Assembly (NCBI GenBank): GCA_030248215.1 | Contig: JASANG010001107.1 | Span: forward strand, 310,001 to 374,000 | DNA length: 64,000 bases | DNA from: Enoplolaimus lenunculus | Lineage: Eukaryota | Direction: 5' to 3' | Shown here: piece by piece, positions 1-12,631 of the stretch | Layout of the letters: each line of letters opens with the position of its first letter | How positions within the stretch are numbered: the first letter of the stretch is position 1 | Notes under the pieces: generated by a model | What the model saw: the letters and a program-made list of their open reading frames with translations, nothing else | Told to the model about the DNA's origin: nothing | The model's database searches: none | Position numbers and translations under genes: made by a program

Positions 1-661
1 TGCCCAATTTTTTTGGGGTTTATTCCTTTCAGCCGGCGTTCGTCCAGATATCGTTGGAATTTGAAAATTTCATCCTTGGGGGGTGCAGATTCCATAGCTC
101 CGCCGAAATTTAATAAAAATAGTTCATTTTATAGATTTAGACGCGCTGAGTTTAACGGTACCATTGCTATGTTGCAGGGCCCCCGGTTCAATAGTTATGG
201 TCCTTTGTGCGTGTTTGCACTATAACTTCGAGGGTCATAACTTTTGAACCGTTTGTCATTCAGCCATCAGAATGGTACCATTGAGTTCAGCTCGTCGAGA
301 TCTACTGGATGGACGGACCAGTTTTTGTTAAAATGCTAGGTGGTCCAGATTCTGTACCTTCGCCGAATGCAGGTCGTCGAGATCTATAGGATGGACCACT
401 TTTTATCAAAATCTTAGGGGTCTAGATTCAGTACCTCCGCCCGTATTCCGTACTTCCGCAAGGCTCCAGTGGTCGGGGTGACAAAACTATTCGAGGGTGG
501 AGCCCATGCCGTTGTGCCGCATAAATCCGACGATAGGTGATAATACTGTATTGAGCGATTTAGTGCGCGCGAGTCATAAAGACGTATCTTGTATACGTGA
601 ATTTTGTATGTTACAGAATTCTGCATTGTACAAAACGATTATGTAAGAGCAATATGTTGTC

Positions 662-734
662 GGCCGCGTGGCCCAATGGATACGGCGTCGGACTTCGGAT
701 CCGAAGATTGTGGGTTCGAGTCCCATCGTGGTCA
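662..734 (+). tRNA. tRNA-Arg, anticodon TCG
   Basis: 73-nt cloverleaf: acceptor ggccgcg/cgtggtc, D arm, anticodon stem tcgga/tccga with loop ctTCGga, T arm gtggg-ttcgagt-cccat. A T5 run (Pol III terminator-like) follows at ~739-743. Confidence 0.95.
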
Positions 735-3537
735 ATTGTTTTTGTTAAAAGTTCATCAGGAGCCACATAGAACAAGGATCCCTAACAGGTTTCACAGAGT
801 GCATAAAAGTAAAATGGCGCTGGACTTCTCGCTCTCGTAGTACTCGTATATATTTTGCTCGGCCCTTCATTTTAGAAATGGCGATATTTGCCAATGCCAA
901 AACGGGCGGAGGTACGGAATGTGGAAGATTGCTTTTTGTGAAGCAGACTGGCGACATCTATCCGGCTGCAATCTGGCCTACTGTATCATGGCTGGACTGC
1001 ACTGCCACAAGTTTTGGTACTAGAAGTAGTGTGCAATTACCACTTTTTCTACTGGCCGGCCGGTTATTGGCGCCGGCCGGCCAATATACAAATTTAAAAA
1101 ATTATCAAGCATTTGTATAATGACTCGGAGAACAACAGTAAAAATATAAATACATGTTGCTACATTTTGCAACTTCGAAGCGTATATTTTTACAAGAAAA
1201 TAAAGTGCCCCAAAGCCTATGTAAAGGAACATGTGGAAAAGCAGTACGTTTAAATCGCATTGGCATTAAGATATACTACTACACGTAGTTGCACACATGC
1301 GCAACTGGACTAAGGCTTCTTCAGCCCTTACAGTGCTTTTTGCTACCAACTATGCTGAACAATAGAAATTTATTTCACCTCGTTTCTACACATTACAAAT
1401 TTCTTTCTGATGCAGTTTGGAAACCTATTTTTTCAATGATCCTTGCGGAGCATTTTAACTCCTAGTTCCCATTATTATTGTCAAAATACGTATGTACTCC
1501 AGTAAAAGATTTCACTATATTTTTAAAAAGCAATCTTAACATTGACCACAATGATAATACTAGACAACATTTTCAGCTAAAAGTTTTCGAATCGAGATCT
1601 AAATAAGATTTAAAGTGTTAAATTGATGAAGTCAAATTTTTTAGCTTTTTCTGTTATGGTCAGTGTCTGGCCGGTTGGTTATTGTCAATGGCCGGTGAAC
1701 AACATAGCTACCGCGCATTCCTGCTCCTAGATAAAACCTCTGGCCATCGAAGTAGGGTGAAAACTCACACCAGGGTGGTAACAAAGGCTCGAATTCTGAT
1801 CCGGTTTCGGTTCTGAAAAAACCGAATGAAAAACCGAATCCAACAGTGTTTGGCAATATGTTTTTTCGTTTTTAAACAATAAAATTCAAGTAAATTGTTA
1901 TATAAATCAATATTTATATTACAGGTTACAAATCTCAGGCTGACGTCGAGCTTGAAATATTAATAACCAACGTTTAAAGTTATGCTGCTGGCATTACGTT
2001 GATATTCTGAAACAAACTATAGATATATTTGAAATTCGCAACTTGCAAGATTCGGATTCAGATTCTACAAATTAGCAATGGATACGGATTCGGGGTCGGA
2101 TTCGGGGTCGGATTCGGTAGAATCGTGGGTTCGGTGCCACCATAAGAGTGTGTTCAAAGATATATTTGGAAAATAGCGTGGTTGAAAAAGTAAGAAAAAG
2201 AAAAAAACGGGGTCCCGCACTGACCATTTTTGGATTTCGGAAAATGTCTAGACTTCGGTGGAATCGTAAGTGGCTTCTCTAAGTGTAAATCGAAAAAAGT
2301 CGCCGGGCCGAAATTTTGTTTAGTACTTTTGGTACAATTTATTTCGTTAAAATGTATCACTTTAAGATCTGATGCATAAAATAATTTTGGTTAAAAAGGG
2401 CATGCTAGTCGGATGGGCCCCGGGCCTCCTAGTCAAACGGGCCCCAGACCTTCTGGCCATATGGGCCCCGGGCCTCATACCACCTTAATCCGGCCCTGGG
2501 TGTAAGGTGTTCAGTTGCGGCAGCCCATTGCCACTAAGAACCCAATGCAAGGACGTAGCAGTGTTTTGAGTGCCGGTTTCGTTTACTAAGCTGCATTCCT
2601 TATTGTTCTTGTCGTGGTCCCGGAACAACAGGACCTCCTTCAATGTAACATGGACCACTATCTCAACTTTCAATGGATTACTGTCGCAAAATGTACTGCC
2701 GATCATGATGGCGGCTGCCGATTCTTCAGCATTGAAAAGATCGACAAAAAGTCCGATTGGCTATTAGCGAATACAATCGGCAAGTGATACTTGTCACCGT
2801 CGCCGCACTGAGTTTCGTAATGAAAAATTCGCCATCGACATTGCGTACAGCGCGGATTTTTCTAATTATGTTGTGCTCCATTTGACAATTTACGTGAACG
2901 GATGTTCCGCAATTGCAGTATGGCCTACGGAATTTTCAGTGATGGGGATACCAGCAAACTGTGCATGCAGCTGGCTCCATTTTGACACATCAGAGTTTTA
3001 GCACAGAGGAATATACTGGTCGGGATACGTTGTAATTGCTACTTTTTTTAAGCTTACGATCGCAAACAAATCCAAGGTTACAACTTCATTTCCCGTCCTG
3101 TACCGCATGGGCCCTGATATGATTGTACGGGGGGCACCAATGAAGGCCACCTGGGGCATTCGCAAAACATAGCTCGTGTTCTTATGACAAATTACCGATT
3201 GCGTTTAGTTTGCATCATCAATTTCAGTGCCAATACAACAATTAATTTTGCGAAGAAAAAAACGTAAATTTTATATTGGAGCAATACAAAATTAACCAGG
3301 AGTAGAAACAAGCGTATTCTATCGAATCGCAAATTGTAACCTTATATAATAGTGTAAAAAACTGTTCCATAATCGTTAAATTCTTATTTGTTATAGTTGA
3401 ACAATCGAAGTTGGTACTTCAAAGATATGGTGGTGATGATGGTGTTTGGTAATATCTCATTTCAAATGAAATGAATTTAAAACAAAACGTCCTTACATGC
3501 AGAAATCTCTAAATCAAACGCAATTAAAAGTCAAAAG

Positions 3538-3755
3538 CCCGTATTCTCAGATGTGCGTAGCACCTCTCACCTGTTGATGATAGGTCTTGTAACTTTGGAA
3601 CCAAATAATGGTGAAGTTTGAAATTCGGTGGGTTTATTGCGCTTAATTTGCTCTACCATTGTGCAAATATTGAGATCGGCAATTGTAGCAGTTTGTTTTT
3701 TTGGAAATTTATCACTAACTGGTGATAAGTGCTATATACATTTGAGAATATGGAC
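3538..3755. mobile_element. MITE family D (possibly PIF/Harbinger-like)
   Basis: TIR tattctcagatgtgcgtagcac / gtgctatatacatttgagaata. Related copies at ~18065-18270, 35750-35960, 59765-59965, 62915-63060. Confidence 0.65.
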
Positions 3756-3860
3756 CAAAGTTGTAACCTCTGTTGAATTGAAGTTTGCGGCTTATGTGTC
3801 CCTCCTTGAATTCACAGTTGGCTGGACGCCCATCTGTCTGAATGGTTGATACATAGTTAC

Positions 3861-3990
3861 CTAAACAAACATTGATCTTCGTTCATATCATCAGATTCAA
3901 CAATTTCTGTATCGCAGCCAGGCAATTGCTTTGAATTATACTTTAGGTAAGTCGTTTGGCGTCCAACAGGGCAAGTATTAGATCGAGAAC
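3861..3990 (-). CDS. PAN gene exon 6 (start of third PAN domain)
   Basis: ttaacag|..SNTCPVGRQTTYLKY..NEDQCLF|gtaact. Confidence 0.7.
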
Positions 3991-6900
3991 CTGTTAAGCA
4001 TCAATAAAAAATAACAATACAACTCAAGATGTACATTTTGCTCTCTGTACAATTGCAAAAAGTTGAACATCTGAAAAATTCAACCAATCTTGAACGTTTT
4101 AGATTCTGTGACGCGGAGGCTGTAAAAATATCGTTTCGGACCGAAAATTTTTTTGTCAAAGTTCTCCAATTTATATTCGATTGAACGCAATTTACGAAGC
4201 GGAAACCTGTGTCAACGGAAAATCTTACGACGCGTACTTTGGGCCCGTCGTCAAGGGGCGGGGCAGGAGGGGTTCAGACATTCCTAAAAGATTTGGCCGA
4301 ATTTAGAAAATTTTCAACCTTTCTAATTAGTCAACGAAAACCCTTGTATACTCATGCTGAACAAAATTTTAGGCCCCTAGCAAATGTGAGTTGGCTACAG
4401 GCCTAGTGCTTTTTTCGTCCAGCTATTACCACGGTTTCGATACATAGTTATGCTGACTACGCTAGTGCCACTTGGCCACCATACATACATGCTGATCCAT
4501 TATTTGAAGAGACAAACCTGATTGCTTCAACCGAATTGCACATAGGTTATCATAATAGTCGACCCGAAATCCTTGCGTTTCGTTCGTAAAATACTCGCCC
4601 AGGCCAGCTTTTGTTTCAAAATTCAATATGCACTCTGATGTTGTCGAATAGTACATCACCGATAGACATTCGAAATTGTACCGCTGTTTTGAATCCAGAC
4701 ATTCGGACAAACACTGAAATTTAACACACGATTGAACATCATTTTTGTGTCCCAAACATTTGAACTAATAAGAGTTGCGCTATCCTTTTGTTTACGTCCG
4801 GTGCCGTCCGTCACCGCTCCGGCGCCGTCCGTCACCGTGCGGTATAGTACGCAAATAACTCATGTACGATACCATGTCAGACGGACCATGATGCACGATA
4901 TGTTTAGCGCAACCCTAATAGAAAATATTCATGTTTGAAGTTCAATTTTTCGAAACATTTAACGGCTGACGTAGGTGGAGCGAGTCCATAAAGTTATACA
5001 TATTCAAAGAATTTCATGGAAGCTATTATTCGTGGAGTTTTATTACCTATTAACTGGATTACATGAAGAAGAAGAAGAAGGACAAAAATTACAGGATGGT
5101 CATGCAAAGATTTCGTATGGCATGCAAATACAGGGAGCCGGGCGGCGTCGCAAATTTATTTGGAGGTTAAAATTTTACCAGTGGAACATTTTTAAGACGA
5201 TTTTTTCAACTTAGGGTTACAATAGAAACTTTTTCAACAGTCGACATCATCTAAAATCTAAGTAATGGTTTAATTTGGTCAATCAGTTAAACCCTGTTTA
5301 ACAAATACTGCCCACCTCTTTCGCATATAGTTGTCCAAATGTTTACACTTAAATCTTCAGTAATTTCAAAAATCACCTAAAAATTTATCTTTACTGCAGT
5401 GTACAAGGGCCTTCATATCTTTTTCCATTTTCTAACCTGTTCGTCGGAGTTAACGTGTTCCACGATTTGTTTGGCATATCCAACGAGCAAATGCTGTGAA
5501 ATTTTTTCAAAAGCTGGAATGTCTGCGCAAGTTTGTTGTGCTGAAATTTTAACATATGTTCCTATGCTACACATCTCAGGCGGAGGGAGGGACGGAATAT
5601 GGCCCCCTTAGGAATTCAATAAAAAAAGTTCATGTTATAGATTTCGACGTGCTGAACTCAACGGTGCCATTTTTAGCGCTGCAGGGTTCCCGATCCTATA
5701 GTTATGGCCTAACTTTTAATTTTTTACCATAATAAACATGTACAAACAACAATCAAATTGGTGTAAAGGAATAAACCTGGTTACGCTTACATTTTACGAA
5801 CATGTGAATGATAGATACTCCCTGTTCGAATCCGTACGTGTTTGCACTATAATTTTGAGAGCCATAACTTGTGAACCGTTGGTCATGCAGCCATAAAAAT
5901 GGTACCGTTGAATTCAGTTTGTCAAGATCTATAGGATGGACTACTTTTGATCAAAATAATAAGGGTAGACGGCAGGGTGCAACCGGAGGTGAAAAATACC
6001 GGAGCCGGAGGTCAACGAAACTTGCCGGAGCCGGAGGTGAGTCGAAATTAAGTAGTAAAAATTATGGTTAATTAGTTAGTTTTAGCGAATATCTGCAAAA
6101 TGTTTTTAAGTTTTTTGGTTTCATGCTAATTTTCTGCCAACTTTCGACAATTCTTTCATGAAAATTGTGACAAAAGTCAATTGAAACGCGCTAAACAGAT
6201 AAATTTAGGAAAATTATGCAGAATTTTACACCGAAATTGCGCCGGAACCTCCGGCAAAAATTCTACCGGAGCCGGATTTTCTGCCGGAGCCGGAGGCAGA
6301 CCTCCGATTGTACCCTGGTAGATGGCACACAAGACTTTACCAGATTGACATACAGCAATTTCGCACAACCTATAACCGGGTACAGAACTTTTCCTTGTGA
6401 CCCGTGAACCAGTGGGAGATATTAACTAATACTTGAAAAACAAATGTGAAAATGATGTCATGATTTATTAACTTTTGTACCTGATGACGTTGTAATCGAG
6501 CGTATTTGCCTCCTGCAAAAGTTTCAAAAGTTTTATCTCGGATAACAAAAATGTTTCAGGAAAACCCATTGATTTCGGAACAAACTATAAAAAACTTATC
6601 CACTTTGGTGTTGCTTTCGCCAAACCAAAAATCTTTAAAGAATATTAAGAATCAAAAGCAACCGGTGATACTTTTGCCTTCTTTGGGGCTTCTGAAAACT
6701 TGAGCAGATTTCTTTCACTTAAGTTCCTGGTTGATGGTTGATTTTAAGACAGCTCTTGGCATTTAACTAACATTATTTAAGTCTGTGTTTATAGTAAATT
6801 AGCTGTCATGTAGGATGTAACCGGATATCTGGTACTGTATACGGTTAAAACGATGTCCTTTTTAGTTACGGTTATAAAAATACCGGAAATTCCATCATTT

Positions 6901-9181
6901 GTATGCTCAAAATAAGTTATAAAATAAATTTCGTATATATTACGTTATATTTCATTACATATATCCTGCCACTGTTCTTTAAGCAATGAAAATTTCCAAT
7001 CATTTTACACATAGCTATTTTTCCTACGAAATTTTAAAAAACTTTGTGAATATCTGAATACCTTTAATTGTGGTGGAGAAAAGATGGAGTCTTTTATGCT
7101 TCAAAATAGTTTTCCGTTTCCGTTATCTTGATCGCTATACGTTTTTGTTTCCGTTAATATTTTTACTATTTGTTTACACCCACTGACAAAACACTTCAAA
7201 ACGGATTTTTTGATCGTTGAACCTTGTCCCTCGCTTTGCCTTGGTTACCTGTAAAGCATAGTTTTTCATAAAACCGCATTACTGTAGAGACATTGCCAAA
7301 AACTGTGGAATTTCCTTCGGTTTCGTTGAGTTTCAACTGAAGTTCAGGTTTTGAGTCAAATTCCTGTGCTATTTTTGAAGACAGATCAGTTTTGAAGTGT
7401 TCGTTTTTGAACAAGTAACAGTTATTCAAATCGTATACGAAAGCGCTGCACGGGTACATTTGGCCGTTGTGCAATCTGTAATATAATGTCCAATTCAACG
7501 TATCGAGTGTATATGTTTCGCAAGTCAAATCAAAAACAATAACTTTGTTGTAATCTGAGTCGAATGGTGTTAAATTTGTAACGATTGTATAGGATTGGGG
7601 CGGGATGGATGTCTAAAATAATTAAAAGCCTTCTACAGTCAGTTTACTGAGTGCCCTGTCATGTATTGCACCTTAACTCGCAGTGAGCTTCATCGCAAAA
7701 TAAACCATTCAATTTAGTTCATCAAACTGCGTCGAATGGTAGTGTGCAAATTGTTCAATTCTTGATAAAAAAATTTATGTCCAGTTTCAAACGAGTGCTC
7801 ATATTTGATACTATTAACACAAACTTTTCAATTATATACAATTTCTAAAAATCAATTTTGTTAAAATTTCAAAATTTGGTGCAGAAAGAATCAGGCGGAG
7901 TCATGAGAATATCAGATTTGCAAACAATGTTAAAATGTAATTATTTGATAGAAGAGGTTCAAAAAAATTTCAATGGTAACGAACGGGGACTAATGCTTTG
8001 GCTCAAAAATATATTTAGCTGCGATTGTTTTAGTTCACGAATATAACAAATTAAAGCCAAAAGATATCGCGCGAGTGTAATTTTGCTCGTACATGCTTTA
8101 TGCCAAGAGTGCATGATACAAGTGTGCAACTGTTTGGGTTCCGCATGATACAAAATGTACCGTCAAGCGTCGCGTTTTTGGCCAACCCCTCCTTGTTTAC
8201 AGGGGGAGGGTCGCTTTCACGTGAAATAACCCTAAATTGAACAATGAGCGGAGCAATTTTTGTTGCCAGATCGCACAGACTGTACTGTAGCGACTCAAAT
8301 ATTAAGAGGGTGGCAATAAGAAGGGGTCCCCATTTTGAGTCGCAATCAATATTAATCATCCCTCATAAAGGTCCGTAAGCAGATACAGTACTTAAACCGT
8401 AATTAGAGTCCATAAATGTCAATTATCCCTAATTCTATGTGCATAAATGACTCCAGCACTAAATACAGCTGAGTTCCAAACTTTAAAACATACTTAGTTT
8501 TGAAAGTACATTCTAAAGTATAACCTTGCATTATCGCTCAAATTTTTGATACAAGACAAATAAACGTTTAATTCAGCGGATCGTTGCAAGTAAACGGTAC
8601 CACAGTGCACAAGTCTCGTCGTTTTGCTCAACTCGAAATTGCACACTTAGAGCATCGTGTAAATCTCTGAGACACCGAAAACCGCGCTATACAACTTGTA
8701 ATATCCTACCGTACCTGTTGTTTGTGCAAATAAGTTCACATGCTTCAAGTGAACTTAACTCGATATGGTAGGCAATACTTAAATCAGGTTGCTGATTGCT
8801 CATGAGAACGTATTGTGGAACTGTTCCTTCAGTGCACTCACCTGAAAATATGAATTAATCAAAGCATTAATTTAAAGAATATAGCAGTCTTTCAAAAGTT
8901 TCGGTCGCACGTCTTTTCTACAGCTGGAAAAAATTAATTCAAGCAAGCAAAATTTGTGACGTGGCAAAAAATTTGGCCAAAAAGAAATGTGTTTAATATT
9001 GCCGAGCAGTTATTCAGTTTTCTATTTTAAAATTTAGCTACTCAACTGCTTTTTTAACTTGAAATAATATTAATTTTATGATAAACTTACTTGAACTTCC
9101 GCTTGAAAAATTTTCCAGCGTCGCAAAGCCACTATTTAATACTGCTAATGAAACATACCATACCAGAAATTGCATTTCCAT
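3861..9181 (-). CDS. Secreted PAN/apple-domain protein (signal peptide, 2 complete PAN domains, start of a third); 3' end unresolved
   Basis: Phase-consistent GT-AG exons 9181-9091, 8841-8715, 7475-7249, 5540-5437, 4713-4518, 3990-3861. Signal peptide MEMQFLVWYVSLAVLNSGFA. PAN cysteine patterns ACELICTNNR..YPCSAFVYD..CYL..FYEKLC and CLSECL..CLSVMYY..CILN..VDYYDNLC. Confidence 0.8.
4518..4713 (-). CDS. PAN gene exon 5
   Basis: tttcag|CLSECL..VDYYDNLCAIRLKQS|gtttgt. Confidence 0.8.
5437..5540 (-). CDS. PAN gene exon 4
   Basis: tttcag|..QQTCADIPAFEKISQHLLVGYA..DEQ|gttaga. Confidence 0.8.
5973..6317. mobile_element. hAT-like MITE
   Basis: TIR cagggtgcaaccggagg / cctccgattgtaccctg; 8-bp TSD gtagacgg/gtagatgg; internal ccggagccgga repeats. 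Confidence 0.8.
7249..7475 (-). CDS. PAN gene exon 3
   Basis: ttacag|..LHNGQMYPCSAFVYD..FYEKLCFT|gtaacc. Confidence 0.8.
8715..8841 (-). CDS. PAN gene exon 2
   Basis: ttttcag|...ECTEGTVPQYVL..ACELICTNN|gtacgg. Confidence 0.8.
9091..9181 (-). CDS. PAN gene exon 1 (signal peptide)
   Basis: ATG at 9181, hydrophobic N-terminus, donor A|gtaagt in phase 1. An acceptor (ttttag) lies 17 nt upstream of the ATG. Confidence 0.7.
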
Positions 9182-9453
9182 GTTAAGATGGTTAATATCT
9201 AAAAACTAAATGTATATAAGGTAAATTTTCAGGTATTTTTTGGCCAAACATGCGTAACAATATGATTAATTTTTTACGAGTTGAAAATGTATATCCGCAA
9301 GGTCGGTTATTAATCGAACGACGGTAAACATTTTTAACTAGCCGTCTATAATTGGTTGATTTTCGACTCGTGTACACTTCGACCAATGGTTTTGCCAAAC
9401 GTCAAAATTTGGGCTTAGCTTAGACTTTAGCACTTAGGAATCTAAAGCATATA

Positions 9454-9586
9454 CACTGCAAAAAATGGTGAGTCAACATAACTCTTTCCTAAATTAACTC
9501 TGGCTTAGTCGAATTTGACTCAGTTTGTGTAGTCCTGAAAAGCCTATTTCGGAAAGAGTCGATTTGACTCACCATTGTTTGCAGCG
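9454..9586. mobile_element. Palindromic CACTG-ended (CACTA/CMC-like) MITE
   Basis: ta|cactgcaaaaaatggtgagtcaa ... ttgactcaccattgtttgcagcg|ta. Confidence 0.7.
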
Positions 9587-11005
9587 TATTACAGTGTAAT
9601 AGTGACGTTGTACTTGTCGTCTGACGCCCGACTGCGCCGGATGTTCGAAAACACTACTGTGAACATTTTCTATGCGATACTATACCCCAATTTACATGTG
9701 TTGCTCGACGGTGTCAAACGGCATAACCAAAAAGTATACCACCGCCCTAACCCTACAAGCGACGAATTGACCATAAATTTTTGCTTTGAAATCTATTATC
9801 TTATTTAAAAAATTTCAGTGATATGTGAAGACGTCTGCGTACAAACACAAAGTCAGTGGAAACAGCGAGACTTACATTGGCGGGTTTAAAAACTCTGATG
9901 GAGCTCGCAGCTAACGAGAAGCCAAACACAATTTTATAGTGCAAAATTTCAGCAAAAAAAGTTTAGTTTTGATCATTGTTGTGCGGAATATGCTACGCCG
10001 AGCTGGAATCCCTTGTATCCGCTAGTGAAGACTTATAAAGTTAAAATTTATTTTGAACGAACAAACATTTAATAATCCCGATGTCGATCGAATATGACTA
10101 GAAAACCGCAACAAAAATGCTGATTTCGTCATAGCAAAAGAAAGTTAGTATCACCAGCACTAAACTGGTCATCAGGTATAAACTGAGTACTACTTGCTCG
10201 ATAAGTCGGCTGAAATTTTGGCCGTTCCACAAAATGAAAACTTTGTCAAATCCAAAATATAATATTTTAGTTCTCTAAATTGTATATAGCAGGAAGGTTT
10301 ATAATATCAAAACGCCCAGGCCGGCTTTTAACGCCAGTTCAGTCTTGATTATTACTACAAAGTCAAACCAAATAAAAAACTCTGCGCTGAATGTAAAAAT
10401 TGTAGCAGCTTGTTTTCGAAAAGGGCAAAACAAAACAGCCGACGCTTTTGAGTTCAATTTTGTTTCCAATCGTTGACATACACTTTACAACTCAACGATC
10501 AAGAGTGACGAATATTGATAAACCGTTTTATGATAGTTTTCACCTTGAACTATTAGAAATTTAGATATCAAATGAGGAGTTGAACTTTATAAAACTTTAT
10601 TCTCAAACACCTCCACTGGAACATCTAAACGGGGCACACCCGTCACATGACCCCCTCACACAGCAAGAATCAATACCAGAAGTTTGCGGTAGCATTAATT
10701 CGTTTTGCGTCTCGCTCGCTTCAACCGTGAGGCTTTTTCACTGTTACATATAGCGCGGCCATTGTCAGCAATTTCTGGATCCACAAATTAAAACACCGCG
10801 TTTTATATTTTTAAGCATTTTTACTTATATTGAGCTTTGTTTTGAATTAAAATTTAAGAATTTATGTATTTGAGTAATACTTTTGAATGAGACTCGATCT
10901 CTATCTCGGTCGGCATCTGCTTGATTTGACGCTAGAAAATTTTATTCAAAAGGACGATAAGTTGAACTTGAAGCATTTACAACTACCTCGCCAGTTAATA
11001 ACATA

Positions 11006-11447
11006 CTGTAGTGACCCGAATAAGAGGCGGTAATAAGAGAAGGGGTTCCTATTTTGAATCCCAATCAGCAGGAGTCCGTATTCCTAATAATAGCCCGTAA
11101 ACGGATAAAGTCCCTAAACCCTAATAAGAGTCCATAAATGTCAATTATCTCTAATTGTAGCGTATAAATGACTCCAGGACCAAATAAAGTTGGGTTCGAA
11201 ACTTTAAAGTGTACTTAAGTTTTGAAAATAACGTTCCAATACAACCTTGCATTATCGTTCAAGCTTTTGATGCAAGACGAAAAACGTTTAATTTAACGGA
11301 TAGTTGTAATACCGGGTATATCAGTAACGAGGGGTGGCGGAGGGCGGGTTGAAAATAAACAACAGTCCGTAACCGAATAACAGGTGGTGGTTCCCTCTGG
11401 AGAGGCCAAATAAATATCAGTCCCCCCTCTTGTTCTGGCCACTATAG
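11006..11447. mobile_element. TA-flanked Tc1/mariner-type MITE (family C)
   Basis: TIR ta|ctgtagtgacccgaataagagg ... cctcttgttctggccactatag. Other copies at 43707-44125, 45465-45831, 49657-50064; fragments at ~8285-8590 and ~21195-21360. Confidence 0.75.
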
Positions 11448-12289
11448 TGCGTCAATTTAGTTTCGAAAGGCACAGCCACATGTTGTTACTGGACAAGTAG
11501 GAACGTTGCCTGGAGGGAGTCCCTCTGAAACTGCATTTGACTCAGAAGTAATATTTTTATATAATGTAACAGATTCAGCGTATCGCTACACTCCTTCGAT
11601 ATTCAAGGTTAAAAAGCTTTTGCATCCCAACCGGGATCAAAACCAAATATTGTTTTAATATTCAGTGCAAATATTGCGTTTGGCTTTCGCTCGCTAATAG
11701 CTTGTTACCTTTTATCACTGTTAGAGGTGTCCGTTACCACTTCACCTTATTAGAGGAGATCAGCTAAAAACTTTTCAATACAAGGATTTTCGTTAGCTTG
11801 CCAACAAGGTTTAAAATTTTCTAGGGAAGCAAAATTCTTCCAGGGGTGGGCGCTGCTGCTAAATACCGTGCAGTTATCCGCGAAATTTTCTGGATCCGCT
11901 ACTGGATTTTATGAAAAATGTACGTGCGTGCGGTCAGATGTCCATTTATACTAAAAATCCGTATTTGGCTTAGTTATGGAAATGCGAGTGTTAACATGCC
12001 AAAATGCATCCCTAGATCCTTTGGCCAAATATTTGATACGATGAGCAATATATCGGCATAAAATCCACTAGAAGTATAATTGAAGCAGTACCTGTGTTAA
12101 GTTTTTAACAGGAATCTCAACAGAGTAAGTATTTGGAAACTGAAATATATGGAGCTTCAGATGAACAATCTACACAGCAAGTTTACCCGATGTTATCGGA
12201 TCTAGTACTCATATTCAGTTAAACGAACTTGGTGATACCATACTTGGCAAGTTTATTAACAATGAAAAACATCCAACTCTGCACGTGGC

Positions 12290-12631
12290 GGCGGAAGTAC
12301 GGAATCTGGACCCCCCTAGGATTTTGATAAAAAGTAGTCTATCTTATAGATCTCGACAAGCTAAATTCAACGGTACCTTTTTTATGGCTGTATGACTAAC
12401 GTCTTTGAAGTTATGGCCCTATAAGCTTAACCAGGTTTATTTCTTACACAAATTTGATTGTTGTTTGTATATGTTTTATATGGTCGAAAGTTGAAATTTA
12501 AAAGACCATCACTATTGAACCGGGCATCTTGCTGCGCTAAAAATGGCACCGTTTAACTCAGCGGGTCGAAATCAATAAAATGAACTATTTTTATTAAATT
12601 CCTGTGAGGGTCCATATTCCGTACATCCGCC
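12290..12631. mobile_element. Family A MITE, reverse-orientation copy
   Basis: ggcggaagtacggaatctggaccc ... gggtccatattccgtacatccgcc; interior matches 35276-35683. Confidence 0.75.

Noticed and set aside
604..840. ORF overlapping the tRNA
   Set aside because: Chance frame through tRNA-Arg, with no protein features.
7476..7612. Open frame and acceptor extending PAN exon 3 upstream
   Set aside because: The acceptor at 7612 is phase 0 while the preceding exon ends in phase 2. The 7475 acceptor restores normal PAN spacing.
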